Below are positions 63,161-64,000 of a DNA stretch of 64,000 nt, piece by piece (positions within the stretch are counted from its first letter, which is position 1; the number at the start of each line of letters is the position of its first letter). The translations under genes and the position numbers were made by a program. The DNA is taken from positions 7,418-71,417 of the forward strand of contig CAYSAA010000024.1 of NCBI GenBank assembly GCA_964428905.1. Reading direction: 5' to 3'. The DNA is from an uncultured Atribacterota bacterium (lineage in GTDB: Bacteria; Atribacterota; Phoenicimicrobiia; Phoenicimicrobiales; Stramentimicrobiaceae). A model generated the notes under the pieces. It saw only the letters and a list, made by a program, of their open reading frames with translations, was not told the DNA's origin and ran no database searches.

Positions 63161-63171
63161 CGGCCCCGGTA

Positions 63172-63606
63172 TCATTTAAATTCTTCCATTCTTTTTCTAA
63201 CGTCGATATGGCGATGACTTTCATCCTTTTCCAGAAAAGAGATGAATTTTTTTAGTTGGGTAAAGGTTTCAGGACTCAGTGAATGTTCCAGTCCGCAGGC
63301 ATCAACTGCTGCTGTTTCATTATTTACGCCCAAATATCTCACCAAAAAATGATTCAAGAGACGGTGCCTTGCTTTTATTTCCTCTGCGATTTCTATGCCA
63401 GCTTTGGTAAGTTTGATATACCCATACTTTTCATGTCTCAGTAAACCCCTGTCTGCCAACATTTTAATCATAATATTGACACTGGAGCTTTTCACACCTA
63501 AATCCTCGGCTATCTCACCAACTCTGGCTACCTCTCTTTTTTCCTCAATAAAGGAAATGGCTTCCAGATAATCTTCCATTTTTGGGGACAATTTACCTTT
63601 TATCAA
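63172..63606 (-). CDS. DtxR/MntR-family metal-dependent transcriptional regulator
   Basis: MEDYLEAI N-terminal motif, HTH ARVGEIAEDLGVKSSSVNIMIKML and a dimerisation/metal-binding region (HRLLNHFL...EHSLS). 144 aa with no SH3-like domain. Start is TTG at 63606 or ATG at 63579. Confidence 0.85.
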   Translation of the reverse strand: MIKGKLSPKMEDYLEAISFIEEKREVARVGEIAEDLGVKSSSVNIMIKMLADRGLLRHEKYGYIKLTKAGIEIAEEIKARHRLLNHFLVRYLGVNNETAAVDACGLEHSLSPETFTQLKKFISFLEKDESHRHIDVRKRMEEFK

Positions 63607-63764
63607 AACAATTTACCTTTTAGAATATTAAAACTTTTTTATGATTATATAAATAATATCAAAAGGTGTCAATAGAATTATTGTGATTTTTTATTTTTTA
63701 ATTAATACCTAAAAATATTAATGTCGTTTATATAAAAATAAACTATTTTTTTCTTATAAAACAC

Positions 63765-63796
63765 TTATCCAGACAATTCCCGAATATTGTGGATAA
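63765..63796. promoter_or_regulatory. Pair of inverted DnaA-box-like 9-mers
   Basis: TTATCCAGA (63765-63773) has one mismatch to TTATCCACA. TGTGGATAA (63788-63796) is a perfect reverse-orientation consensus. They are 14 bp apart in an ORF-free AT-rich tract. Confidence 0.35.
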
Positions 63797-64000
63797 ATAC
63801 AAAGATAAAGGGCTTAATAAAGGCTTAGAGAAGAATTATTGCTAATAAATGCCTTAATATGGGTATTTTATGGAGAATTGGAAAAGTAATGCTTAAATAT
63901 AGGCTTTTTACGGGCTTCTTTTATGCAAAGATGAACTATAACACTTGGAAAGAAAATACTCTTCATATCGGTAAAATTTCAAGACTTGCATAAAATGGAC

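Noticed and set aside
63607-64000. Chromosomal oriC hypothesis, based on a perfect DnaA box, a near-perfect one, and AT-rich ORF-free DNA.
   Set aside because: Only two boxes are visible, and no dnaA/dnaN is in view. A strong dif/terminus candidate lies only 53 kb away with unbroken convergent gene polarity, which is incompatible with an origin here in a normal-sized chromosome. It is kept only as a low-confidence regulatory or relic observation.

Overview
Low-GC bacterial chromosome segment made almost entirely of housekeeping genes. I assigned products by recognising motifs by eye; no database search was possible. Gene order closely follows the Bacillus-type arrangement: comEA-comEC-holA / rpsT / lepA-hemW-hrcA-grpE-dnaK-dnaJ-mtaB, then nusA-ylxR-infB-ylxP-rbfA-truB-ribF-rpsO-pnp. 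A CIRCE operator and a valS T-box leader fit a Bacillota-like or related lineage, but no taxon can be assigned. From left to right: a partial NlpC/P60 gene, a five-gene peptide/nickel-type ABC importer, and a large membrane-anchored metallophosphoesterase. Next comes a short decayed patch (FGGY-kinase, ribokinase and aminopeptidase-C relics around an intact PfkB kinase), then a nitroreductase. The rest is a 52-kb block transcribed leftwards: miaBA, rny, recX-recA, thpR, a BMP-type nucleoside ABC system, ftsK, uppP, dut, the nusA-infB and dnaK operons, murJ, competence genes, folC, valS, clpXP, tig, five tRNAs, two tyrosine-integrase relics and a DtxR/MntR regulator. I found no CRISPR array, defence island or obviously novel multi-gene system. 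The most interesting signal is a 28-bp dif-like Xer site (10949-10976) exactly where gene polarity flips, which suggests the window spans the replication terminus. Other points are two genes (thpR, comEC) that seem to need near-cognate start codons, a valS T-box with an apparently short Stem I, a duplicated 29-bp hairpin inside the tRNA operon, and a DnaA-box pair in an ORF-free AT-rich tract at the right edge.
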